A stretch of 62,443 nt of DNA, filler included. It is 5 parts of 5 records of this genome, joined end to end, with 100 filler letters (N's around TTAATTAATTAA, not from the genome) between each part and the next. Parts side by side here need not be neighbours in the genome. Positions count along the whole stretch, not along the records: positions 31,594 to 39,960 come from SRR16203515_2460; positions 40,061 to 47,821 come from SRR16203515_2461; 3 more parts are not named here. One strand, written 5' to 3'. Position 1 is the stretch's first letter. The number at the start of each line of letters is the position of its first letter. A program made the position numbers and the translations under genes. Below the pieces are notes generated by a model. The model was not told the origin of the DNA. It searched no databases and saw only the letters and a list, made by a program, of their open reading frames with translations. This document shows, in pieces, positions 38,604-47,713 of this stretch.

Positions 38604-39314
38604 TTAATCAATGAGGGTATAGTCGATAGTCGACACTACCCTTACTTTTTTAATATGCGGATGGTGGGCATCGCGGCTACTGATAGAAAAACGCCCTTGG
38701 TTGGCTCGCTTGATTTTGCCCAGGGTACTTTGCGAGTCTTTGGCAAACTTTTGCGCTACTTCACGGGCATTTAAGGTCGCCTCTTCAATCATCGCTGGCT
38801 TCACCTCATTTAAGCGGGTAAACACGTAATCAGGCTGGTCTTGATACCTTTGCTCTGAAAGTACAATCCCTTGCTTCAATAAGGCGCCAATTTCGTGCAT
38901 TACCGTGCGAACTTTCTCCACCTCATCTGAATACACAGTAATCGTTTGCATAGCGGTATAGCGGTATTTCGCCCGCTCTGCCCCACCGTATTGTTGGGCT
39001 AATTTATCCGTGATCTCTGGCTTACCGATAGTCACATCTTCAGATGCAATCCCTTTACTGACTAAAAACTCCACCACCGCATCACTGTTACTTTTTATAT
39101 CATCGTATAAATTCGCCAGATCATTGCCCGCATCAACAAATTGAATAGGCCAAATAACTTGGTCGGCAATATACTCTCGCTCTGATAAGCCTTTTACCGT
39201 GACTACCCGATCCCAGGTTTTCATATCACTTAAGGCTTCGCCAATTTGAAAACCAAATAAGGCGAGCCCGCCAATCATGCCAGCGGCGAGTATTACTGAA
39301 GCAGTTGTTTTCAT
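38604..39314 (-). CDS. SIMPL-domain protein
   Basis: VTVKGLSERE..AD..IWP, KPAMIEEATLNAR, IKRANQG, KVRVVST. Confidence 0.85.
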   Translation of the reverse strand: MKTTASVILAAGMIGGLALFGFQIGEALSDMKTWDRVVTVKGLSEREYIADQVIWPIQFVDAGNDLANLYDDIKSNSDAVVEFLVSKGIASEDVTIGKPEITDKLAQQYGGAERAKYRYTAMQTITVYSDEVEKVRTVMHEIGALLKQGIVLSEQRYQDQPDYVFTRLNEVKPAMIEEATLNAREVAQKFAKDSQSTLGKIKRANQGRFSISSRDAHHPHIKKVRVVSTIDYTLID

Positions 39315-39434
39315 GTTATTTCCCTATAATGAAAGCATAGTTAGTAAGCGTGATGCATTAGAGACAATCTCACTTTACGTCATATAAAGGGGCAAGGCAT
39401 AGCGATTTAAGGATGAAATATGCACAAAAGTGAC

Positions 39435-39463
39435 AAAAAAAAGGCCACTCAAATTGAGTGGCC
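39435..39463 (-). terminator. Intrinsic terminator after the RND gene
   Basis: GGCCACTCA/TGAGTGGCC stem followed by T8 on the minus strand. Confidence 0.8.
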
Positions 39464-39505
39464 AAAGTGCCCCTTAAGAGGGCAACGCTTGGGTAGACGG
39501 GAGAG

Positions 39506-39960
39506 TTAACCTTTGCGTTTTAGCAAGTAGTAAAAAACGGGGGTAAGAATTAAACCAAAAACAGTGACCCCTATCATGCCGGCGAATACAGCCACCCCCA
39601 TGGCCTGACGCATTTCCGCGCCAGCCCCCGTGGATATAACCATTGGCAATACCCCCATAATAAAGGCGATGGACGTCATCAATATAGGACGCAGACGTAA
39701 GCGACTCGCTTGTTTAATGGCCGATAGTGCATCCATGCCACTGTCTTGCAGCTCTTTAGCAAACTCGACGATTAAAATGGCGTTTTTAGTGGCAAGGCCT
39801 ACCAATACAATCAAGCCAATTTGGGTGAATATATTGTTGTCTCCGCCATAAATTTGCACGCCTATCAGAGCACTAAGTAGGGTCATTGGCACAATAAGAA
39901 TAATGGCTAACGGCAAGCGCAAACTTTCATACTGCGCCGCGAGGACCAAAAAGACCAACA
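39506..39960 (-). CDS. HAE1 RND permease, C-terminal fragment (MexF/OqxB-like), truncated by the contig end
   Basis: LAAQYES, GLATKNAILIVEFA, RLRPILMTS, GAGAEMRQAMG. Confidence 0.9.
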
Positions 39961-40060
39961 NNNNNNNNNNNNNNNNNNNNNNNNNNNNNNNNNNNNNNNN
40001 NNNNTTAATTAATTAANNNNNNNNNNNNNNNNNNNNNNNNNNNNNNNNNNNNNNNNNNNN
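39961..40060. other. Artificial contig linker
   Basis: N run + TTAATTAATTAA + N run. Confidence 0.98.
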
Positions 40061-40061
40061 T

Positions 40062-40643
40062 GATATGACAACAGATGGTGGTGGTTGGACTCAATGGTGG
40101 TGGCATGATGTTAAATCAAATCCATTCCCAAGTGGAGAAAATGATATGCTTGGTCATACATTTGGTTCTTTTGACTCTACATCTGATTATGGATATCAAA
40201 GATTACCAACATTTTTAAATAAATCATCAACAGAGCTTTTAGCTAAAGATAGTCTTAATACCATTTACAAATGGGATTTTAATACTTCATCTAATACTTC
40301 AACTGCTGTATGGAATGCATTTAAAAATCATCAACAATATTTATCAACTCAACATCTAAATGGAAATGTTTGGAATCCAACAGTTATATCTGGTTCTTTT
40401 ACTGCTGCTAATCAAGATAGTTTTATGTATAGAGAACAGTCAGGCGTAAAAAGTTTTATAATGGATGATGATAATTGTGATTGCCAAACTACATTAAATG
40501 CAGGAGCAAATATGTGTGGAGCTGATTGGAATAATTCTTATGGAGATGGAATATTAAGTTATGGAGCTGATTATTTAAATGATCCATCTTGTTCAACACC
40601 AGAAACTAACCGTTCTTTATTCATGTTTTTTAGAGAGCAATAA
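40062..40643 (+). CDS. Fibrinogen/intelectin-like domain protein, 5'-truncated
   Basis: Begins at the contig edge with DMTTDGGGWT (fibrinogen-related motif); Cys-containing DDDNCDC...MCG region. Confidence 0.65.
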   Translation, partial: DMTTDGGGWTQWWWHDVKSNPFPSGENDMLGHTFGSFDSTSDYGYQRLPTFLNKSSTELLAKDSLNTIYKWDFNTSSNTSTAVWNAFKNHQQYLSTQHLNGNVWNPTVISGSFTAANQDSFMYREQSGVKSFIMDDDNCDCQTTLNAGANMCGADWNNSYGDGILSYGADYLNDPSCSTPETNRSLFMFFREQ

Positions 40644-40652
40644 TTTTAAAAT

Positions 40653-40684
40653 AAAAAAAACCGTATCGAAAAATACGGTTTTTT
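40653..40684. terminator. Bidirectional intrinsic terminator
   Basis: A8-CCGTAT-CGAAAA-ATACGG-T6 between convergent genes. Confidence 0.8.
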
Positions 40685-40695
40685 ATTTGTTAAGG

Positions 40696-42486
40696 TTACT
40701 TTTTATCTTTTTTATGATAAATTTCATCAATTATCTTTTTATATTTTTCAGTAACAACCTTTCTTTTTATTTTTAAAGTTGGTGTTATTTCATTTTCTAT
40801 AATAGAGAAAGGTTTTTCAAGTAACTTAAATTTCTTCACTTTTTCAAAATTATTTAATTGTTCTTGAATTGCTTTTATTCTATCATTCAGCATTTCTTGA
40901 ATGTTACTATTGCTCAACAATTCCTTTTTATTTTTAAATTCAATTGTCTTTTCTTGTGCGTAGTCTTCAAGAGCTTTGTAATCAGGAACTATAAGAGCAG
41001 ATACAAAAGTTTTTCCTTCTGCTATTATTGCAACTTGATCTATAAATTTATCTTTTAATAATGTACTTTCTACATTTTGAGGTGCAACATATTTTCCATT
41101 AGATGTTTTCATTAAATCTTTAATACGTTCTGTATAATAAATATTACCTTCTGAATCCATTCTACCTGCATCACCTGTTTTTAACCATCCGTCTGCTGTA
41201 AATAGTTCATCATTAGCCTCTGGTAAGTTATAATATCCTTTTGTTATGGTGTCACCTTTTACTTGAATTTCTTTAGAATCAGCATCAATTCTAACATTTA
41301 CATTAGGCATTGCTTTACCAACAGAGCCAATTGCAGGTATTTTTGTATAACAAGAAACAGTTGCAAGCGTTTCAGTTAATCCATATCCATAAATAATAGG
41401 AATTGATAAGCTTTGGAAGAACATATTTACATCATCTTGTAAACTTGCACCACCACAATTAAAGAACCTAATTCTTCCACCAAAACTGTCTTTAAATTTT
41501 GAATAAACTAATTTATTAGCAATCATATATTGCATATAGAGTAATGGACTTACAAATTCATTATTCATTTTTCTTGAAAAAACTTTTCTACCTATACGAG
41601 AAGCCCATTTAAAGATTTTTCTTTTTGATGAACTTGCTTTATCAAGGTCATCTTGAACACGAGTATAAACTTTTTCAAAAAAACGAGGGACTGAACACAT
41701 AACTGTTGGCTTTACTTCTTTAATTGCATTAGCTATTTGCGTAGGATCATCTAAGTAATAAACAACACCAGAACAAGATAATACATAATATGACCAAGCA
41801 CGTTCAAAAATATGACTTAATGGTAAGAAACAAAGAGATAGATCATTTTTATCTATTTTTATTCTTTCTTTGTGAGATACAATAGCCGCATCAAAGTTTG
41901 TATTGTCTAACATAACACCTTTTGGCATACCTGTTGTTCCCGAAGTATATATTAGAGTAACTAAATCATTTCCTTTAATGTTTTCAATTCTGTTTAATCT
42001 TTCATTTGTGATGTCATTAGTTGTTTTGCTACCTTCTGTAATATTATTAAATTTTTCTTCCTGAATGCAAATAATATCTTTAAGGGTAGGACATTGATCT
42101 TTAACATTATTTATTTTTATAAGTTGTTCTTCGTCTCCAACAAATAAAACTTTTATCTCTGCATCATTAATAATATGGACTAAATGTTCTTCACTCGTTG
42201 TTGGGTATATTGGCACAGTACATAATCTACTTTCCAAACAAGCAAAGTCAACAAGTGACCATTCTGGTTTGTTTTGAGAAAATATACCTACTTTATCTTG
42301 AACTTGAATATTATTTTCAATAAAAAACAGACTAATGTTTTTAACTTTTTCAGATACTGTATCCCAATCCCACTCTTCAATAGTTTTTTTGTCATTTATT
42401 TTTTTTTCAAACTGAAAGGCAGGTAATGACTTTTTATCATCTTTGAAATTGTTACTAATATGTTTGTACAATGAAACTTCTTGCAT
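40696..42486 (-). CDS. Long-chain fatty acid-CoA ligase (AMP-dependent synthetase)
   Basis: IYTSGTTGMPKG, LPLSHIFER, YGYGLTET, GWLKTGDAG, TPTLKIKR. Confidence 0.92.
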   Translation of the reverse strand: MQEVSLYKHISNNFKDDKKSLPAFQFEKKINDKKTIEEWDWDTVSEKVKNISLFFIENNIQVQDKVGIFSQNKPEWSLVDFACLESRLCTVPIYPTTSEEHLVHIINDAEIKVLFVGDEEQLIKINNVKDQCPTLKDIICIQEEKFNNITEGSKTTNDITNERLNRIENIKGNDLVTLIYTSGTTGMPKGVMLDNTNFDAAIVSHKERIKIDKNDLSLCFLPLSHIFERAWSYYVLSCSGVVYYLDDPTQIANAIKEVKPTVMCSVPRFFEKVYTRVQDDLDKASSSKRKIFKWASRIGRKVFSRKMNNEFVSPLLYMQYMIANKLVYSKFKDSFGGRIRFFNCGGASLQDDVNMFFQSLSIPIIYGYGLTETLATVSCYTKIPAIGSVGKAMPNVNVRIDADSKEIQVKGDTITKGYYNLPEANDELFTADGWLKTGDAGRMDSEGNIYYTERIKDLMKTSNGKYVAPQNVESTLLKDKFIDQVAIIAEGKTFVSALIVPDYKALEDYAQEKTIEFKNKKELLSNSNIQEMLNDRIKAIQEQLNNFEKVKKFKLLEKPFSIIENEITPTLKIKRKVVTEKYKKIIDEIYHKKDKK

Positions 42487-42498
42487 CTTTTTGATTCC

Positions 42499-43131
42499 TT
42501 ATTTTATTGTTAACAATGTTAAAGTCGCTATCATAGGAAGAATACCACCACTTATACTTGGAGAAACTTTGTATGTTTCACCATTTTTTGAAATTATAAC
42601 AATGGTCGGTGTTCCTGTTACTTGAAACTTATCTGCTAATTTTTCATTTTTATCTAATTTATATTTAATTAAATAACTATTATATGCAGCATTGAATTTT
42701 TTTGAATCGACATTGTAATTCTTTTTAAAATAATTTTCAAGTTGATTTTTCATCAATTTCTTATTTTTATTTACATGTATGTCATTAAACATGTTTTTAT
42801 GTATGTCTAATTTTAAAAAATCTGCAACATAGTATGCTTTTGCATATTCAGCCCATGCAGGTTGCATTTCAATTGGTTTATATATAAAATTAATTTTTTT
42901 TGCTGCATTTAGATATACATCTAAATATTTTTCAAATTCGTTGCAATATTGACAGCCATAATTGAAAAAATAAATAACTTCATGTGTCGCATTTTCATTT
43001 TTTTCTATAAATTCACTGTTAGGTAAGTTTTCATAAATATACTTGCCATTTAAAGTATTTGTTTCTGCTATTGTATTACAGCTCAATAACATAACACATA
43101 ACAGACCTATGTTTTTAATAAATTTTTTCAT
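42499..43131 (-). CDS. DsbA-like thiol:disulfide oxidoreductase
   Basis: Signal peptide from ATG 43131 (GGAGG RBS); FFNYGCQYC active site; VTGTP cis-Pro loop. Confidence 0.8.
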   Translation of the reverse strand: MKKFIKNIGLLCVMLLSCNTIAETNTLNGKYIYENLPNSEFIEKNENATHEVIYFFNYGCQYCNEFEKYLDVYLNAAKKINFIYKPIEMQPAWAEYAKAYYVADFLKLDIHKNMFNDIHVNKNKKLMKNQLENYFKKNYNVDSKKFNAAYNSYLIKYKLDKNEKLADKFQVTGTPTIVIISKNGETYKVSPSISGGILPMIATLTLLTIK

Positions 43132-43140
43132 TTTTCCTCC

Positions 43141-43171
43141 AAAAAAAAGCAAGACGCTCATTGTCTTGCTT
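43141..43171 (-). terminator. Intrinsic terminator-like hairpin abutting the dsbA RBS
   Basis: Minus strand AAGCAAGAC-N7-GTCTTGC-T8-GGAGG-N4-ATG. Confidence 0.65.
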
Positions 43172-43207
43172 AAAATATACATCATATTATAATTTTTTTC
43201 AAATAAT

Positions 43208-44068
43208 TTAAAAAGAGATTCCCATTTTAGAAGATAAAATTAAATGCTCTGTTTTTTTCTTTATTTTTTCATTATCATATTCATTTTTTGTTTTTTTAAA
43301 GAAATTATAAAGAGCCTTACATTCTTCATTTTCAGAATTTAAGACTTCTAAAAATTCTGCCCCAATATTAATTTTATTTTCATTACGATTTTGAAAAGTA
43401 TGTTTCACTATTATTGATGTAGAAAAATATGTACCATTGTCATCAATTATAATAGAAAGAGGTTCATTTAATTCTGTTAAATAGTTCAATGTTTCACTAT
43501 CTAAAATAGCATCTTGAAATGATAGACCGATACCTATTTTTGAAATATCAATCATTTGACCAATTAATTCACGCTCTTTACCTTTTATATAAATCCCAAT
43601 AGCGACTTTGTTATCTTGTTTTGTTGAAACACGAGAGCTTTCTCTTTTTTTCAAAACTTTAACTTTATCAGGCATTGAACATTCAACAAAATTATTTTTT
43701 TCACTTATTTTTTTTAAAATAAAACTATATTCATTACCTTCATTTTCATAGCCGCCAATAACTGCATTTGGAAATTTTTTATTAGCATATGTTAAAAATG
43801 GATTATGTATTGTAATTTTTTCATTTGTAACTTTTGCTAATGCGTTATCATAATATTTTAGACCATCACCATCGACAATAAAGAACCTGATACCATCACG
43901 AGCATAAATTGAAAACATATTATTTATTTCTTCTTGTGATGAAATAACACTTTCCTCTGCATTAGACTGAGCAGGGATATGACTTTCAATTTTAACTATG
44001 TTATTTTTACTTTCATTATTGTAAATATCTTTTCTTTTTTTTATTTCTTCGTTTCTATTCTCTTTCAT
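43208..44068 (-). CDS. PilZ-domain (YcgR-like) c-di-GMP receptor
   Basis: RESSR (RxxxR) followed by DISKIG (DxSxxG) and C-terminal IGAEF. Confidence 0.75.
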   Translation of the reverse strand: MKENRNEEIKKRKDIYNNESKNNIVKIESHIPAQSNAEESVISSQEEINNMFSIYARDGIRFFIVDGDGLKYYDNALAKVTNEKITIHNPFLTYANKKFPNAVIGGYENEGNEYSFILKKISEKNNFVECSMPDKVKVLKKRESSRVSTKQDNKVAIGIYIKGKERELIGQMIDISKIGIGLSFQDAILDSETLNYLTELNEPLSIIIDDNGTYFSTSIIVKHTFQNRNENKINIGAEFLEVLNSENEECKALYNFFKKTKNEYDNEKIKKKTEHLILSSKMGISF

Positions 44069-44179
44069 TAGAAAACTCCTTAACTTATTATTAAAATATT
44101 AAATCTTAAATAAGATTTGTCAATTTTATTATATCTGGTAATATTAAAATTAAGTTATATAACACGGAGAATTAAAGAA

Positions 44180-45097
44180 ATGATTAAAAACTTTTTAACA
44201 GCATCAATTTTATTATCAACATCAGCAATTTCTTATGCAGAAACATCTTTGAATGTTGTTGAAGTAGAAAAAAAGGATTTACAAGAGACAAATATAGATT
44301 ATTCATCTTTAAATATATCATTGTTAGATCTTGATATTGATAATGAATTAATGGAAGAAGAATTAAAGATAAGAGAATTGAGAGCTATCATTAAAAAAGT
44401 TGATTTTAACTATAAAGATGCTTCTATAAAAAAAATTACTGAATTGGAAGGATTTTATGAAATTCAAAAAGGTAAAAAAACACTTTACATTTCAGAAGAT
44501 GGTAAGTATATTATTCCTACGATTGCAAAAGTAGTTGGGAATGGTTTTGAAGATATCCAAACGGAAAGAAAGCAGAAAAGACTACAAGAATATTTAGAAA
44601 CAGAAATAATGCCGAATAAGGAGCACTTAGTTACTTATGAAGCAACGTCTGAAAAAAGAATGACTCTTTATGTATTTTCTGATTTTACTTGTCCTTTTTG
44701 TAAAAGACTTCATGATAATATGGTTTACATAAATTCAATGGGAATAGAAGTTAATTATATACCTTATCCAAGAGCAGGTGTAAGAGATAAAAATGCTCTT
44801 GTTGGTTTACAAAAAATAATGTGTTCTGATAATAAACAAGAAGAATTCGATAAAGCATTCTTATCTCCAAGAAGTTATTCAATAAATGGAGTTGGAGCAA
44901 ATCCAAATTGTTTAAAAGGAAGAACTGCATTACATAAATCATTGACTTGGGGTGATGCTATTGAATTAAATGCGACACCATATATCTTATCGGAAGAAGG
45001 ACAATTCTTAGGTGGATTTAGAGATTTAAAAACTTTCCAAATTATTGCAGAAAAAGAAATGATTGAGAAAGAGAGTAAAAAATGGGATTTGGAATGA
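44180..45097 (+). CDS. DsbC-like disulfide isomerase
   Basis: Signal peptide from ATG 44180; EGFYEI..LYISEDGKYI dimerisation region; FSDFTCPFCKRLH; YPRAG; NATP. Confidence 0.82.
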   Translation: MIKNFLTASILLSTSAISYAETSLNVVEVEKKDLQETNIDYSSLNISLLDLDIDNELMEEELKIRELRAIIKKVDFNYKDASIKKITELEGFYEIQKGKKTLYISEDGKYIIPTIAKVVGNGFEDIQTERKQKRLQEYLETEIMPNKEHLVTYEATSEKRMTLYVFSDFTCPFCKRLHDNMVYINSMGIEVNYIPYPRAGVRDKNALVGLQKIMCSDNKQEEFDKAFLSPRSYSINGVGANPNCLKGRTALHKSLTWGDAIELNATPYILSEEGQFLGGFRDLKTFQIIAEKEMIEKESKKWDLE

Positions 45098-45723
45098 AGA
45101 AAAAAGATTTAGATAGACTTTTAAGTAAATCTGTTGTTAAAAACGTTAATGAAGATTTTGATTTAAAAAATTTAAAATTAGCAAATGGAAATAAAAAAAG
45201 AAAATCTAATTCAACACCTGCAAGAAAACAATTAGACTCTGCGATAGAGTTGTTAAAAAAAATAGATAAAAATGATGAATTCTTTTTTAATGAAGATTGC
45301 TCTAAATGTGTCTTAAAATTTAACAATGTTAGGTTATTATCAAATAATGTTAGTTTAAATTTAGGTTCAAGACAAATGCAAGAGTATAAAATATTATGGA
45401 AAGAAAGAGTTCAATTATTGATTAATGAAAGTATATTAGAAAAATGGAAACCATCATCAGATAACAAAATTTTAGTTGAGTTTTGTCATGATGTAAATTG
45501 GGATTTCATGGATTATGATGGTCGAATTGCATCCATCAAAGCTCCATTAGATGGTTTGGAACATTCAGGACTTTTAATAGATGATTCATGGAGACATGTA
45601 TCTATGATTTTAGGAAAACAAAGAAAAAGCAAAACACCTTCATTAACAATTATGTTATCAATTGAAAAAGATGAAGATAGATATTATACATCAGATTTTT
45701 TAGAATATTTAAAAGATAATTAA
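45094..45723 (+). CDS. RusA-like Holliday junction resolvase/endonuclease
   Basis: DYD...K..LDGL...G.L.DDS acidic pattern of the RusA fold; ATGA overlap with dsbC. Confidence 0.55.
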   Translation: MKKKDLDRLLSKSVVKNVNEDFDLKNLKLANGNKKRKSNSTPARKQLDSAIELLKKIDKNDEFFFNEDCSKCVLKFNNVRLLSNNVSLNLGSRQMQEYKILWKERVQLLINESILEKWKPSSDNKILVEFCHDVNWDFMDYDGRIASIKAPLDGLEHSGLLIDDSWRHVSMILGKQRKSKTPSLTIMLSIEKDEDRYYTSDFLEYLKDN

Positions 45724-45725
45724 CG

Positions 45726-45758
45726 AAAAAAAGCCACAATAAAATTGTGGTTTTTTTT
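45726..45758 (+). terminator. Intrinsic terminator
   Basis: GCCACAAT-AAA-ATTGTGG then T8 just after the stop. Confidence 0.8.
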
Positions 45759-45863
45759 ATTGGTTTGAAAGAAATCATAGAAAATTACTTTTTAAACAAA
45801 TATTGTCTATAAAGTATCCTGAATTTTATATTTAGATTTTAAATGTTTTCAATAGTATTTTTT

Positions 45864-45872
45864 TGCTATAAT
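45864..45872 (+). promoter_or_regulatory. Extended -10 sigma70 promoter
   Basis: TG-C-TATAAT about 60 nt upstream of ATG 45933; AT-rich background weakens the call. Confidence 0.45.
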
Positions 45873-45932
45873 AATTGATTATTTCTTTTTTTGTTTTATT
45901 ATAACTAAATAGAAGATAAAAAAGGATTTAGA

Positions 45933-47567
45933 ATGTTCGAATTTTACAGAGATAAAAGTGATACTTTTGAAAAAGTTTTCACTTTAAATAATAAGATAAC
46001 AAGAGTTTTGATATCTAAAAAGATATTAAAAATGTCTGATTTAGAAGAATATCAATTGCCATCATCATTAGAAGAAATAATACCATTTGCTGAAGATTTA
46101 ACAGGTGATGCAAAATTATTAACAAACATAATATCAGAAACATTAGGTTTAGAATCATTTTTAAAAGTAGATAAAAATGATTTTTCTCTTGGATATTTAA
46201 TAGGTGATGATTATATAATTGTAAAAAATACATACTTTACAATAAATCCATTATCTAAATATGTAGACCAATTAAGAATAAATTTAAAAAGATATAATGA
46301 TAAGGAAATTTCTTTTAATAAAATTGGTTATATATCTTCAAAAGATTTTGAAAACCTAAAAGAAAATCTATCAGCAAATAAAGCTGAGATTAATGAACAA
46401 AAAATGAGTAATTTAAAAATTGATTCATTGTTTATTGATGTATTGTATAGTTCTATAAAGTTAAAAGCTTCGGATCTTAAAATATTTTATAGAAATAATG
46501 AAGTTCTTTTGCAATATACAATTGAAAAACAACTTTTTGAAGAGTCATTAATTAAAATAAATTTAGAAAACTATAAGAAAGTAACTGAATATTTAATGTC
46601 TTTCTTTGGTGATAAAAAAGTTATTATTAGAGAGATGAATAGTAAGAAATATAAATTAACATTATCAGTTGGGAAAGCAACGGAAGAGTTTTCAACTATT
46701 GACGTATTAAATATATCAATTTTTAACCTAAACAAAACAACACCAGATTTTTTACAGGAATTTGAAATACCAGTAGAGAATAGAAAAGAATTGGAAAGAA
46801 ATTTAAAAAACCCATATGGATTATTTGTTTTATCATCTAAAAATCATAGAAAAGAGTTTTTATATTCATTAGCTTTAAAAGAAAAAGAATTAAAACCATC
46901 CTCTAAAATTTACATAATTGAAAAAGAAATAGAAAGAGACTTTAATGGAATAACTCAATATAAATATAAAGAATCTTCTGATTGGCATAATTTAGAGTTA
47001 GACAGTTTTTCTTTGATTATTGTTGATGAAGTAAAAGATAAAAAAGATTATGAAGTTGTTAAAAAATTAATAGAATCAGGTAAGAAGGTTGTTATTGGTT
47101 TAAGTTCAAGATCATCTCTTGAAGCTTTTTCTAAATTAGAAAAGTTATCATCGGATAAAGAATTTTTATCAGATAATTTATTATGTATTTTACAAGTTGA
47201 AAAATTAAATAAAGTTTGTCAAAGTTGTTCAACATCAATACAACTTTTAAAAGATAAGAACTTTCAAGAATTTCAATTATTAGAGTTATCACCTAAAATG
47301 TCTACAAATATAAGAGTAGAGAACAGTAAAGGTTGTAATGATTGTTATCAAGGATTTAGTGGTCTAATAGGGGTTGCAGAATATTTATCTAATGATATGA
47401 TATTAAAAACTGCTATTTTAGAGGGTTATAAATTTCAAAACTTGAAAATAGAAAAAAACAGTTCGTCTTGGATGAATATATATGAAAATAGCATGTATTT
47501 AATAGAGAATAATAAAACATCTACAAATTCAATAGTTAATAATTTAGGTTTTCCTAAAAAAATCTAA
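45933..47567 (+). CDS. PilB/GspE-family secretion ATPase homologue with degenerate catalytic motifs
   Basis: KASDLKI (ASDIH), PYGLFVLSSKNHRKE (Walker A position), IEKEIE (Asp box), IIVDEVKD (Walker B), CQSC...GCNDC..GFSG..GVAE zinc motif. Confidence 0.75.
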   Translation: MFEFYRDKSDTFEKVFTLNNKITRVLISKKILKMSDLEEYQLPSSLEEIIPFAEDLTGDAKLLTNIISETLGLESFLKVDKNDFSLGYLIGDDYIIVKNTYFTINPLSKYVDQLRINLKRYNDKEISFNKIGYISSKDFENLKENLSANKAEINEQKMSNLKIDSLFIDVLYSSIKLKASDLKIFYRNNEVLLQYTIEKQLFEESLIKINLENYKKVTEYLMSFFGDKKVIIREMNSKKYKLTLSVGKATEEFSTIDVLNISIFNLNKTTPDFLQEFEIPVENRKELERNLKNPYGLFVLSSKNHRKEFLYSLALKEKELKPSSKIYIIEKEIERDFNGITQYKYKESSDWHNLELDSFSLIIVDEVKDKKDYEVVKKLIESGKKVVIGLSSRSSLEAFSKLEKLSSDKEFLSDNLLCILQVEKLNKVCQSCSTSIQLLKDKNFQEFQLLELSPKMSTNIRVENSKGCNDCYQGFSGLIGVAEYLSNDMILKTAILEGYKFQNLKIEKNSSSWMNIYENSMYLIENNKTSTNSIVNNLGFPKKI

Positions 47568-47580
47568 CAAATAATGAAAT

Positions 47581-47622
47581 AAAAAAAAATAAGGTTCTTT
47601 CCTATAAGAATCTTGTTTTTTT
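47581..47622 (+). terminator. Probable terminator
   Basis: ATAAGGTTCTT/AAGAATCTTG stem followed by a T-run. Confidence 0.5.
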
Positions 47623-47641
47623 ATTTTTTTATAAAAAAAGC

Positions 47642-47670
47642 TTGACAAGATTTTAATTAGAGACTATTGT
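47642..47670 (+). promoter_or_regulatory. Sigma70 promoter
   Basis: TTGACA-17 nt-TATTGT with an upstream A/T tract; AAGGA RBS downstream. Confidence 0.65.
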
Positions 47671-47713
47671 TGACCTCAATTTTACAAATTATATAAATTT
47701 TAAGGAAAAGCAA

